Positions 9,165 to 18,241 are shown, counted from the stretch's first letter. The stretch: DNA of 48,286 bases from Planctomycetota bacterium (GCA_031388685.1 JANMRV010000232.1:1-48286), one strand, 5' to 3'. Numbers and translations are program-made. The notes: generated from the sequence alone by a model not told the origin.

Positions 9165-10967
9165 TCAGGGCAGGAAATTGATCCGCATCGCGTTGGTCAA
9201 GTTCTTGCCCGTCCCGCAAGGCCCGGCCGGATCGCGGAACCAGCCTTGGAAGTGGAAGCTCGAGCCCGGCGTCACGTGCCCTAGTGGCGGCAGGTGCGTG
9301 TTCGCGTAGTTGATCAGGCCAGGCCCAAACGACATGTTCCCGAACGGCCCTGAATTCATGCCGAAGTAGCGATAGACCGGAGCTCTCAGGCACAGCACGC
9401 CGTCGCCGAAGATCGCGGGCGTGTCGGCGTTCGGCGACATGATCAGGATGCCCGGCTTGTTCAAGGGCAGGCGAGTCATGTCGAGTGTCATGTCGTCCAG
9501 CGCCACGCTCGTCGAACCGCCGGCCGCCATCTCGGCACCGACTCCCGTGGAGTTGCGGCAGCCGCCGTTCGCGCCCGGATATCCATCGCCGTTGCCGCAG
9601 GGCGCGTAGTCCGTCAGGCAGAAGCAGTAGCGCATCTTGTCGTCTTCGCACTCGTCCGGGATGCCGTTGTTGTTGGCGTCCATCGACGAACCGACCGCGA
9701 TGTCGACCGAGTCTTCGATGCCGTTGTGGTTGCAGTCGTAGTACGGCCGCTTGGTCAGGTCGAGCGCGTCGAGGTCGTCGCCTTCCGTCCCCGGCGTTCC
9801 CGAGCGCGAGGTCTGCAGCCCGAGATTCTCGGCCGCGATCCAGATCCCGGGGAAAAGACTCCCTGCGCGCGGCGGAACCAGGATGTCGCCGGCTTCGATC
9901 GGAAGGTTGAAGATACTGTCCTGCTGGCCGATCACTTGCGAACCGCGCCGGACCGAGAACATGAGCATGTCGACGGCCGCGCCAGGACCCGACCAGTCGT
10001 AGTCGGCCTGGCTCGGTTGAAAGACACCGTCGCCGTTCTCGACGAGAATCAACGCATCGATGTCATCGGTGCCCGGACCGAACACGTCCAGGCCAAGTTG
10101 CGGGGCCTGCGCGTAGCGTGCCGGCGTCGTGCCCGGCGCCGCCGTGCGCAGCACGTCACCAGGCCGGAAATTAGCGCCGTTCAACGCGGCCGAGTTCGAG
10201 TTCGGGACCTGGGCCAGCGAATCGAAGAAGCCCCCGTCGAGGGAAAAGAAAACTCCTCCGGCCGGAAACGTCGGCGCGCCGCCGATGTCGAGCGCATCGA
10301 TGTTGTCGCCGGCATTCAACGGCCCGGGAGTGGCCGGATTTGGTTCCACGAGTCCGAGACCTGGATAGATGAAGCCCGTCACCGCATTGGGCAGTCCATT
10401 GCCGTCGATCGCACCGACGTTCGCGTGCAGGATGACACCAGGCGCGAGCGGGCCGGGCGGCAGCCCGCGATCGGTGAACAGGTCGGCGCTCACATCGCCC
10501 GTGGGGCCTTCGGTGGAGACCTGCGCGAATCCCGCAAAGCCCGGCACGCCGACTGCAAACTCGTCGACCGAGAACCAAAGTCGTCCGGGCAGCATCGGCG
10601 AGGAGCGGAACTTCTCGTCCGTACCTTCCGAGAACGCGTCCACTTCGATGCCGCAGGGCGTGCCCGGGATGTGGCCTAGGCAGTTCGCGTATTGCTGCAA
10701 TCCGAGCATGGCACCCGTGTAGCGAATGCGCGGCGCCGGTTGAGTCCCGAGGGTCGGCACGCCCAGGGCCGGATTGATCAGGTCGGCCTCGGTGATGCTC
10801 ACACCGCTCCCTGTCGCGGCCCGATTGATCGTCGGTCCCTTCCAATCGACCGAGAAGGTGATCGGATCCTGGGCAGGGGTCGCCTGCGTGGCAAGCGCCA
10901 CGAAGCCAAGCGGTGCGGCGCTGGACAAGAGTCCAGAAAGTTTGAGCATCTTGAGCGGGCGCAACAT
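9165..10967 (-). CDS. Secreted repeat protein, paralog A (four FSxD...GD(I/V)L...DxxDAL modules, DxNxNGIPDxCE calcium-type motifs, Cys-bearing C-terminal domain); function unknown
   Basis: ORF 9165..11060. The preferred start is ATG at 10967 (MLRPLKMLKLSGLLSSAAPLGFVALATQATPAQD, a Sec signal peptide) with GAGG 5 nt upstream. It is colinear with and clearly homologous to ORF 11162..12991 along the full length. Confidence 0.8.
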   Translation of the reverse strand: MLRPLKMLKLSGLLSSAAPLGFVALATQATPAQDPITFSVDWKGPTINRAATGSGVSITEADLINPALGVPTLGTQPAPRIRYTGAMLGLQQYANCLGHIPGTPCGIEVDAFSEGTDEKFRSSPMLPGRLWFSVDEFAVGVPGFAGFAQVSTEGPTGDVSADLFTDRGLPPGPLAPGVILHANVGAIDGNGLPNAVTGFIYPGLGLVEPNPATPGPLNAGDNIDALDIGGAPTFPAGGVFFSLDGGFFDSLAQVPNSNSAALNGANFRPGDVLRTAAPGTTPARYAQAPQLGLDVFGPGTDDIDALILVENGDGVFQPSQADYDWSGPGAAVDMLMFSVRRGSQVIGQQDSIFNLPIEAGDILVPPRAGSLFPGIWIAAENLGLQTSRSGTPGTEGDDLDALDLTKRPYYDCNHNGIEDSVDIAVGSSMDANNNGIPDECEDDKMRYCFCLTDYAPCGNGDGYPGANGGCRNSTGVGAEMAAGGSTSVALDDMTLDMTRLPLNKPGILIMSPNADTPAIFGDGVLCLRAPVYRYFGMNSGPFGNMSFGPGLINYANTHLPPLGHVTPGSSFHFQGWFRDPAGPCGTGKNLTNAMRINFLP

Positions 10968-11077
10968 GGGGACCTCGGGGGAGAGTGCGGCTGAAGTTAG
11001 ACGGCGCCTAGCGCTTGCGGTTCCATCAGAACCGCTCGAGGCAAGGCTGGGCAGTGACAATCGAAGGATCGATGAGT

Positions 11078-11124
11078 GAAAAGAGGTCGGGCGGAGGCCT
11101 GATCGGGCGGCCTCCGCCCTTTTC
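11078..11124 (-). terminator. Rho-independent terminator between the two paralogs (bidirectional-type hairpin)
   Basis: Perfect 11-bp GC-rich stem GGGCGGAGGCC (11089-11099) / GGCCTCCGCCC (11109-11119) with a 9-nt loop. T runs flank it on both strands: CTTTTC on the minus strand after the stem, CTTTTCG on the plus strand. It lies 40-80 nt downstream of the paralog B stop. Confidence 0.6.
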
Positions 11125-11161
11125 GAGGCCCCAGCTCACGCTGGAGTCCCGCCCCTCGCGG

Positions 11162-12991
11162 TCAGGGCGTAAAGGTGACCTTCACAGCGTTCGTGAGGTT
11201 GGCGTGGGTTCCGCAGGGCGCGGCCGTGTCGCGATGCCAGTACTGGAAGTACCAGACGCCTCCGGGAAGGATCCAACCTGGTGGCCCGAAGTTCGCCACC
11301 GTGTAGGCCGCCAGACCCGGTCCGTAGGTATCGATCCCCGCCGGCCCCGTGTTGGACGGAGCGTGGCGGAAGAGCGGCCCGGCGACGCAACGCCGTCCGT
11401 CGAAGAACGGTGTCGGAGGCACAGTGCTGCCGCCCTGCAGCAAGAACGCCGGCTTGTTGAGAGGCAGCTGCGAACTGGTGAGGACCAGATTGTCCATCGC
11501 GACGCTCGAGCTTCCGCTGGCCGAAAGCAAACCACCGACTCCCGTGGAGTTCCTGCAGCCGGCGGTCGCGTCATGATTGCCGCAAGGCCCCAGCGGCGCC
11601 GGGCAGAAGCAGTAGGAGGTCGCGATCAGCTCGCAGCTGTCGGGAATTCCGTTCTTGTTGACGTCCGGTGTTCCGGTGGCGATGTCATAGGCATCCTCGA
11701 GTCCGTTTCCGTTGCAGTCGTAGAGCGCTGCGACTGGAATCTCGAGCGCGTCGAGATCCGACGAAAATCCGACGGCCGGCGCAGGCAAGCGCAGCGTGGC
11801 AAGACCGAGGTTTTCGGCCGCGATGTAGATGCCGGGGAAGGGCGAGACTCCACCGAACGCAGCAGGCAGAGGTGTCGTCAGCACATCGCCCTCGCAGACC
11901 GGAATCCCGAAGATGCTGTCGGGCATGCCGATGACCGCCGAGCCGCGGCGCACGCTGAAGAGCAGCATGTCGGTACCTGCGCCAGCCGCCCAATCGTTGG
12001 GCACGATCGACGGTTGATAGCCGGCGATTCCGTTTTCGTGGATGACCAGCGCATCGAGGTCGTCCGCGTCGATCCCGCCGATCAGATTCAGTCCCAGCAC
12101 GGGCGCGGGTGCGTAGAGCATGGGCGGACCGCCCGGAACCATCGAATGCAGGACATCGCCGCCGAGGAATCCATGGGCAATGGCCGAGCCCGTATTGGGC
12201 ACACCGCTCAGCGGATCCATGAAGCCTGAATCGAGCGAGAACCAGATACCGGCAGGCGGAAACCCAAGCGGGCCCGGCAGAAAGCCGATCGCCAGCGCGT
12301 CAAGATTGTCGCCCGGAGCCACGGGCCCGCCACCCGGAGGATTAGGCTCGCGCAGGCCGACGCCCTTCTGTGTGAAGCCGCTGCCGGAGATCAGGCCATT
12401 GCCGTCGATCACCGCGCTGTTGCCGGGCATCGGCGCCGCGAAGGGCGGCAGCGGGCCGGCGATCAGACCTAGGCCCACGAAGACGTCGGCGCTGGCTTCG
12501 AAGACACCGGGCGCGCTCTCGGAAGCAACGCAGGGCGGCATCGGTCCCCCGCCCGCCGCGAAGCGATCGACGGAGAACATCAGCTGGCCCTTGAACGGCG
12601 TACCGGGCACGACCATCGCCGAGCGGCCGTAGTCGAGCGCGTCAACTTCGACCACGCAGGGAGTTCCGCCGGGATGGCCGACGCAGGGCGCGTGTAACAT
12701 CAGGCCAAGTCCAGGGACAGGCGCGAAGCCCGCGCTGTACTGGATGGCCGGGAGGGCCAGGGGCCCAAAGGCAGGCATGCCCGGCGCGGCCCGGAGAATG
12801 TCGCCCTCCGTGATCGGGAAGCCGAAGGCGCTGTCGGGCAAACCGACCGTGGGCCCGTGCCAATCAATGGAGAAGTTGACCAGCGCGGTGGCCTGCGCGC
12901 GGGCAGCGCCTGAAAACGAAAGCACGGCCAGCGCTCCGAAGGCGAGCTTCGAAAGCCGGTGAGGGGACGCGGGAGTGTGGGAGAATTGCAT
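11162..12991 (-). CDS. Secreted repeat protein, paralog B (same architecture as 9165..10967); function unknown
   Basis: 609 aa with signal peptide MQFSHTPASPHRLSKLAFGALAVLSFSGAARA/QA and GAGG 5 nt upstream of the ATG. It has the same four-module body, a YDCNGNGLEDAYDIATGTPDVNKNGIPDSCE motif and a CFC..PCGN..GCRNSTGVG C-terminal domain as paralog A. Confidence 0.8.
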   Translation of the reverse strand: MQFSHTPASPHRLSKLAFGALAVLSFSGAARAQATALVNFSIDWHGPTVGLPDSAFGFPITEGDILRAAPGMPAFGPLALPAIQYSAGFAPVPGLGLMLHAPCVGHPGGTPCVVEVDALDYGRSAMVVPGTPFKGQLMFSVDRFAAGGGPMPPCVASESAPGVFEASADVFVGLGLIAGPLPPFAAPMPGNSAVIDGNGLISGSGFTQKGVGLREPNPPGGGPVAPGDNLDALAIGFLPGPLGFPPAGIWFSLDSGFMDPLSGVPNTGSAIAHGFLGGDVLHSMVPGGPPMLYAPAPVLGLNLIGGIDADDLDALVIHENGIAGYQPSIVPNDWAAGAGTDMLLFSVRRGSAVIGMPDSIFGIPVCEGDVLTTPLPAAFGGVSPFPGIYIAAENLGLATLRLPAPAVGFSSDLDALEIPVAALYDCNGNGLEDAYDIATGTPDVNKNGIPDSCELIATSYCFCPAPLGPCGNHDATAGCRNSTGVGGLLSASGSSSVAMDNLVLTSSQLPLNKPAFLLQGGSTVPPTPFFDGRRCVAGPLFRHAPSNTGPAGIDTYGPGLAAYTVANFGPPGWILPGGVWYFQYWHRDTAAPCGTHANLTNAVKVTFTP

Positions 12992-13011
12992 GAGAACCTC
13001 GTTCTCTTTCA

Positions 13012-13061
13012 GGGGGTTGACGGATCCGGGCGGCGGGAATCCCCGCCGGCATCAACCCTCC
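13012..13061. other. Imperfect 50-nt GC-rich inverted repeat in the intergenic region upstream of paralog B and downstream of the kinase gene
   Basis: GGGGGTTGAcGGatCCGGgCGGCGGGaatCCCCGCCGGcaTCAACCCTCC, with core stem CGGCGGG/CCCGCCG and outer arms GGGTTGA/TCAACCC. No T run follows on either strand. Confidence 0.3.
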
Positions 13062-13120
13062 GTGAAACGACCGCCCTGCAAACGACAACAATCCCACAGA
13101 TTCTTTCTTTCCCGGCCGAT

Positions 13121-16100
13121 TCAGCGCCGGGCCGCCGGGCGCGGCTCATAGTCGAGGGGCAGTGCGATCTCCTGTTCGCGCTTTACTAGCAGTTGCAGGA
13201 GCTCTTGGGGCAGGCGCGGCTGACGCGCGATGGCAGCGGGCAGGGGGTCAAGCGGCCAGATCCAGACAGTTCCATCCTCGAACGCGAACATGGCGCGCGC
13301 CGACCCAGGCCCTGGGCTGATCGCGCCAGCGAAACAAGCGCGACCGCGGCCTGGAAAATGCGCGAAGAGCATGCCGTTGCGTGCATCGCGAACGTAGGCG
13401 TCGCCATCGGTCGCGGTGGTGATGACCCAGTGCCCATCCGGACTGAACGAACCGCCGGTGACATCGCCAGTGTGCAGCACGCGCTGCCCGATCTCCCCCA
13501 CTCGGCTGCTGCGCTTCTCGCCGGTCTTGGGCCGAGCGACATCCAGCCGGACGGCATCGAGGTCCAGCAATCGCAACGCGCTCCGGCCGCCGCTGCCCGT
13601 GACCAGCAGTCGCGTGCCGTCGAGGCTGTATTCGATCGAGCGCGCCTTGACGACCGTGAGGCGCAAGCTCTCTTCGGAGCCGACCGGGAAGAGCAGGGCG
13701 ACGCCCTCCTCGCAGGCAACCGCGATCTCCTTGCCATCGGCGCGAGCAGCGAGGGCGAGCACGCCCTTGGGCGCCTCTGGTTTCGAATTCTCCCACACCC
13801 TTCGCTCGATGCGCGAGCCATCGATGGCGGCGAATCTCTGGATCAGATTCTCGGCGTGTCCGGTGACCAGCTCCGCCCGACCCGGCAACAAGACCATCGC
13901 GGTCACGGGTGATTCCGTGTCGAGTTCGCGCGCGGATCGCACACCCTGCGGATCGCAGAGAAAGACCTTGCCCAAGCGCGTGCGGACCGCGACGTAAACG
14001 CCGTCGCCGCTGAACGCCAATTCCGCAAGCGCCGACTGACCCTCGACGAGCACTGCAGCGGGCTTTCCATCCGCCGCACTCCAGATCCGCGCGCTGCCGT
14101 CGTCGCTCGCACTGGCGATCAGTGTTCCATCGGGCGAGAAGACTGCGTCGCGTACCGCTGCGCCGTGGCGCAGGCTGAACAAGAATTGTCCAGGCTGCGG
14201 CCCGTCGCGATTGGCCGCGACCGAATCACCGCTCGGGGTGGCCCACACGCGCACGAGTCCATCCTCGGATGCGACCACGACGCGCTCGCCGTCGGGAGAA
14301 TAGCGTGTCGCATAGATGCGACTTCCGGCGGCGCGCAGCGCGTAGACATCCGGGCGCGTACCGGCGTACCAAACGGACACGGTCGCGCCGATGGCGCTGG
14401 TGACCAGGCGCCGGCCATCGGGAGTCCAAGCGATCTCACGCGGCGCGAAAAGGCCGCGAAAACTCTCTTCGGCGTGGTTGTCGCTCCCGCCCCACAGCCG
14501 CACGACCATGTCGGATCCGACCGTGGCCAGCCGCTCTCCATCGGGGCTGAACGCGGCGTGAAGGACGCGCACACCGGGACTGCCGATCGGAACCGCGGCA
14601 CCGCTCGCGGTGTAGACGATCCATGCGCGCGATTCCTGACCGTCGTCGAGCAAGGCGAGCATGCGCAGGCCGTCTGGGGACAGACGCACGAGACTCGCGA
14701 CCTTGCCGGGGCCGAGGTTGTCGAACTGACGCTCCAGCTCGCCGTCCTTGGAACGCCACAGGCAAAGTTTGCTGTTGTCCGAGCCGGTTGCGAAAGCAGA
14801 GCCGTCGCGACGGAATTCGGCCGAGGCGAATGCGCCGCTGGTGTCGAGCGTCCGCAGTACGGCGCCGTTGGAAACGTCGAGCAGCCAAGCTCGCGACGAC
14901 TCGAGCTTGCGCCGGGTTGTACACCAGACCAGCGCACGTCCGACACCCGAGTGAACCGCAAACCTCGCTTCGCGATCGGAGGGCGCGTCCTCGGGCAGGC
15001 TCCATTTCCAGTGCACTGCGCCGTCGCCGGCGCTTGCACAAACAAGTCCGCCATCCGACAGCGCAAGCACCCGCGCGCCGTCAGCGCAGTATTCGATCGC
15101 GCGCGCTTCGCCAGGCTGCAGCGGAAACTCCGCGACAATCTTGCCGCTGTGCGCGTGGGCCACACGCGCGAGTTCATCCGCGGCGACAAAGGCCAGCCCG
15201 CTGCCGTCGGCTGAGAAACTTACCGCGCGTACTTCCATGCGCTCGCCTGGAACTGTGAGCAAAGTTTCGCCGGTCTCCAACGCGCACAAGCGCACTGCGC
15301 CGTCGTCGAGTCCGATGGCGACACTGCCGCTGTCGGGAGAAACGCAGAAGTCCAGCGCGCGGTGCGCGGGCGAGCCGTCGATCAAGCTGCGCAGGTGACA
15401 CGCCTCGAGCACGCGAAACAACGAAGCACGGGTCTGGTAGACAGGCGCCCGTTCAACCGCCTCGATGCCCAGTGCGAGCGCGAAGGCGGGATCCTCCACA
15501 AGCAGCGCATCCGCGCGTTGTCCCAGGTGCCGGCCGAGCGCGTTCTCGAGCGCGATGTTCTTGTTGAACACCTCGATGTCCTTCTCGCCGAGCACGCGAT
15601 TCTTCTCGGACAACAAGTACAGACTGCTCGCCAGACCGATCGACAGCGCGACGATCGAACCCAGCGTCGAATACGCGATCGCCGGATGGCGCTGAAACCA
15701 GCCGCGAAACACTCGCCACGCGCTCGGCGGTCTTGCGCGTACCGGTTCGTATTCGCGCACGCGCCGCAGGTCCTCCGCGAAATCGAGCGCCGTCTGATAG
15801 CGCCGCGCTGGATCCTTCTCGAGCGCCGTGGCGACGACGAGACTCAAGTCCGTAGGCAAGGCCGGATTCAACGCACGCGGATCCGGCAACACGGCGCCGC
15901 GGATCGCCATGAACAACGCCGGCACATTTTCGGCCTCGAAGGCGCGCTTGAGCGTCAGCGCTTCGTAGAGACTCGAGCCCAGGGACCAGACGTCCGAGCG
16001 CCGATCGACGCCGTCGCGTTTCCCAAGAATCTGCTCGGGCGACATGTAGGCCGGCGTCCCGAGCACGTCGCCCGAACGCGTCAACTCAAAGCTGTCCGAG

Positions 16101-16882
16101 GTCTCGTCGCGGGCCTGACCAAAGTCGAGCAGCACCGGATCGCCGCTGCGCGCGACCATCAGGTTCTGAGGCTTGACGTCGCGGTGCACGACGCCGACTT
16201 CGTGGGCCGCGTGCAAGGCGCGCGCGGCGCGCTCGAAGTACATCAGGAGGCCGGCCAGCTCGAGCGTGTTGCGCGGCGCCATCTGGATCGGGCCTTCGCG
16301 TTTCGCCGCGCCGTCGCGCTCGCCGCGCCGATTTTCGCGCGCGCGCGAAATCCACTCTCCCAAAGTGGAGCCGTCGACGAATCGCATCGCGATGTACGGT
16401 CGATCGCCGTCGATACGCGCATCGAGCACAGCGCATAGGCAGGGATGGTCCAGGCGCGCGATGACTTCGGCTTCGCGCTGCAACCGTCGCCGACGCTCTT
16501 GGCTGAGCGCGGCGAATTCAGCGGGCAAGAGTTTCAGCGCCACCTGGCGCGCGATGCGCGTGTCCTCGGCGAGCCACACGACCGCCTGACCGCCGCGGCC
16601 GAGTTCGCGCAGCAATCGATAGGGCCCGACGCGCTGTGGATCTTGCTGGAGCTCGGCGGCATTGGCCGCTGAAACGCTCGCAGCCTGCTGCGCCACCGAA
16701 AGTCCGGCGCGCTCGAGTTCGGCGAAGTACTCGCCGGCCACGGCTTCTTCGTGGCCCTTGTAGCGCGCCAGATAATGGGTCAGAGGCTGGCGCGTCCCGC
16801 GCTCGAGATCGCGCAAAAACTCATCCAGGAAATCGAAGACGGCTGCGTCGTCCGAGGGATCCCCTGAGGCCATGCCCTGCAT
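13121..16882 (-). CDS. Ser/Thr protein kinase with a single TM and a large C-terminal WD40 (double beta-propeller) region
   Basis: 1253 aa with Hanks kinase motifs (GRGGQAVVW, VALK, HRDVKPQNLMV, DFG, GTPAYMSPE, SDVWSLG). The TM is AIAYSTLGSIVALSIGLASSLYLL. About 14 WD-like blades follow (for example HAAFSPDGERLATVGSDMVVRLWG, DAVFSPDGTLIASASDDGSARIWS). Confidence 0.9.
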   Translation of the reverse strand: MQGMASGDPSDDAAVFDFLDEFLRDLERGTRQPLTHYLARYKGHEEAVAGEYFAELERAGLSVAQQAASVSAANAAELQQDPQRVGPYRLLRELGRGGQAVVWLAEDTRIARQVALKLLPAEFAALSQERRRRLQREAEVIARLDHPCLCAVLDARIDGDRPYIAMRFVDGSTLGEWISRARENRRGERDGAAKREGPIQMAPRNTLELAGLLMYFERAARALHAAHEVGVVHRDVKPQNLMVARSGDPVLLDFGQARDETSDSFELTRSGDVLGTPAYMSPEQILGKRDGVDRRSDVWSLGSSLYEALTLKRAFEAENVPALFMAIRGAVLPDPRALNPALPTDLSLVVATALEKDPARRYQTALDFAEDLRRVREYEPVRARPPSAWRVFRGWFQRHPAIAYSTLGSIVALSIGLASSLYLLSEKNRVLGEKDIEVFNKNIALENALGRHLGQRADALLVEDPAFALALGIEAVERAPVYQTRASLFRVLEACHLRSLIDGSPAHRALDFCVSPDSGSVAIGLDDGAVRLCALETGETLLTVPGERMEVRAVSFSADGSGLAFVAADELARVAHAHSGKIVAEFPLQPGEARAIEYCADGARVLALSDGGLVCASAGDGAVHWKWSLPEDAPSDREARFAVHSGVGRALVWCTTRRKLESSRAWLLDVSNGAVLRTLDTSGAFASAEFRRDGSAFATGSDNSKLCLWRSKDGELERQFDNLGPGKVASLVRLSPDGLRMLALLDDGQESRAWIVYTASGAAVPIGSPGVRVLHAAFSPDGERLATVGSDMVVRLWGGSDNHAEESFRGLFAPREIAWTPDGRRLVTSAIGATVSVWYAGTRPDVYALRAAGSRIYATRYSPDGERVVVASEDGLVRVWATPSGDSVAANRDGPQPGQFLFSLRHGAAVRDAVFSPDGTLIASASDDGSARIWSAADGKPAAVLVEGQSALAELAFSGDGVYVAVRTRLGKVFLCDPQGVRSARELDTESPVTAMVLLPGRAELVTGHAENLIQRFAAIDGSRIERRVWENSKPEAPKGVLALAARADGKEIAVACEEGVALLFPVGSEESLRLTVVKARSIEYSLDGTRLLVTGSGGRSALRLLDLDAVRLDVARPKTGEKRSSRVGEIGQRVLHTGDVTGGSFSPDGHWVITTATDGDAYVRDARNGMLFAHFPGRGRACFAGAISPGPGSARAMFAFEDGTVWIWPLDPLPAAIARQPRLPQELLQLLVKREQEIALPLDYEPRPAARR

Positions 16883-16890
16883 GATACGGG

Positions 16891-17559
16891 GTGCATGGGC
16901 CGGATGACCCGCGCGCTCGCCGCCCGGGCCGTGTTGGTGGTACGCTCGGCAACGTGGATCAGGTTGCCAAGGACCCAGCGCCGAACGATCCGCGCCGCGA
17001 CGAACAATCGGCGCGCTTCCAGGAGCTCTACGAGGCGATCGCGCCCAGTCTCTACACCTGGGCCGAGATCAAGATCCGCCCGCAGATGCGTGGGCTGGTC
17101 GATCCTTCGGACGTGGTGCAAGAAGTCTGGTATCGCGCCTGGCGCGCCTACAGCGCTTCGGACCTGGAAAGCGAATCGTTCCGGCGCTGGATTTTCAGCG
17201 TGGCCAAGAACGTGCTGCTCGAGTCTTTTCGCGCGCTGCGCGGCAGCGACACGCTCGGCGGCGGCGCGGGCGAGAGCGCCAGGCTGCGCCGGCTCGCCGA
17301 AGTTCCTGACACCGCCACCGCGATCACGCGCCGCGTGGCCCGCGACGAAGGCCTGAAATTGTTCGCGCGCTGGACGATCGGCCTGGACGAGGACGATCGC
17401 GCGCTGGTCGTGCACCTGGGTCTGGAGGACATGGATCGCACGGAACTCGCCGCGCGCCTAGGTCTCAGCGAGGCTTCGCTTTCCAAACGCTGGGAGCGGC
17501 TGATGTCGCGCATGGCCGAATCGAAAACCACGCGCGATCTTTTTGCCGCGGTGCAGTAG
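16891..17559 (+). CDS. ECF-type RNA polymerase sigma-70 family factor
   Basis: Region 2 is FQELYEAIAPSLYTWA...DVVQEVWYRAWRAY...FRRWIFSVAKNVLLESFR. Region 4 HTH is DRALVVHLGLEDMDRTELAARLGLSEASLSKRWERLMSRM. The start is uncertain: the track gives GTG at 16891, only 8 nt from the divergent kinase start. An in-frame GTG at 16954 (201 aa) fits a typical ECF length better. Confidence 0.85.
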   Translation: MHGPDDPRARRPGRVGGTLGNVDQVAKDPAPNDPRRDEQSARFQELYEAIAPSLYTWAEIKIRPQMRGLVDPSDVVQEVWYRAWRAYSASDLESESFRRWIFSVAKNVLLESFRALRGSDTLGGGAGESARLRRLAEVPDTATAITRRVARDEGLKLFARWTIGLDEDDRALVVHLGLEDMDRTELAARLGLSEASLSKRWERLMSRMAESKTTRDLFAAVQ

Positions 17560-17668
17560 CGCCCGTTTTCCGTCCGGGCGCCGGCCTGCTACACTCTTCG
17601 TCCACCGCGATCCGCAGCCAGCTGCGGGACGCCTTCCGCCGACCTGGCCCTCGCTCCTTCGAAACGAC

Positions 17669-18241
17669 ATGGCTCAGCCCCGATCCAGCCCGATCTCCGA
17701 CGACGCGCACGAAGTCGGCGGCCTGCCCGCGGGCACGCGCATCGCGGCCGTCGTTTCGTCCTACCACGAAGAGCTGTGCGCGAGCATGGCCGCATCGGCC
17801 CGCCGCGAACTCGAACGCCATGGCCTCGCGCCCGAGAACTTCTTTGAGCTGCGCGCGCCGGGAGCGTTTGAACTGCCGCTGATCGCGCGGCGCCTCGCCG
17901 TGCGCGACGACATCGCCGCTGTGTTGTGCTTCGGACTGGTGCTCAAGGGCGAGACCAACCACGACGGTTACATCGCCGGCGCGGCTGCCAACGGGATTCT
18001 CAACGCGTCGCTGCAGACTGACACGCCGATCCTGTTCGGCGTGCTGACCTGCGAGACGCGCGAACAAGCGCAGGCGCGCGCGCTGCCCGCCGAACAAGGC
18101 GGTCTGCACGACAAGGGCCGTGAGGTCGCGCGCGCGGCGGTCATGGCCATCGAAGCCCTCAGGCTGGCCGCCGAAATCGGTCTGCGCGAACGGCCCGCGG
18201 GCTTCGGGCCGCGCACGCTCGAAAGCGGAACTTCACGATGA
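17669..18241 (+). CDS. ribH: 6,7-dimethyl-8-ribityllumazine synthase
   Basis: Within ORF 17543..18241. From the ATG at 17669 the protein reads RIAAVVSSYHEELCASM...ELRAPGAFELPLIARRL...AVLCFGLVLKGETNHDGYIAGAAANGI...PILFGVLTCET.EQA, which are classic lumazine synthase motifs. It has an ATGA overlap with nusB. Confidence 0.9.
   Translation: MAQPRSSPISDDAHEVGGLPAGTRIAAVVSSYHEELCASMAASARRELERHGLAPENFFELRAPGAFELPLIARRLAVRDDIAAVLCFGLVLKGETNHDGYIAGAAANGILNASLQTDTPILFGVLTCETREQAQARALPAEQGGLHDKGREVARAAVMAIEALRLAAEIGLRERPAGFGPRTLESGTSR

Noticed and set aside
17560-17668. Possible FMN riboswitch or terminator upstream of ribH
   Set aside because: The gap is only 109 nt and lacks the conserved RFN core blocks as I recall them. 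A 7-bp hairpin (GCGCCCG...CGGGCGC, 17559-17581) follows the sigma gene, but no T run is present, so I do not call it a feature.
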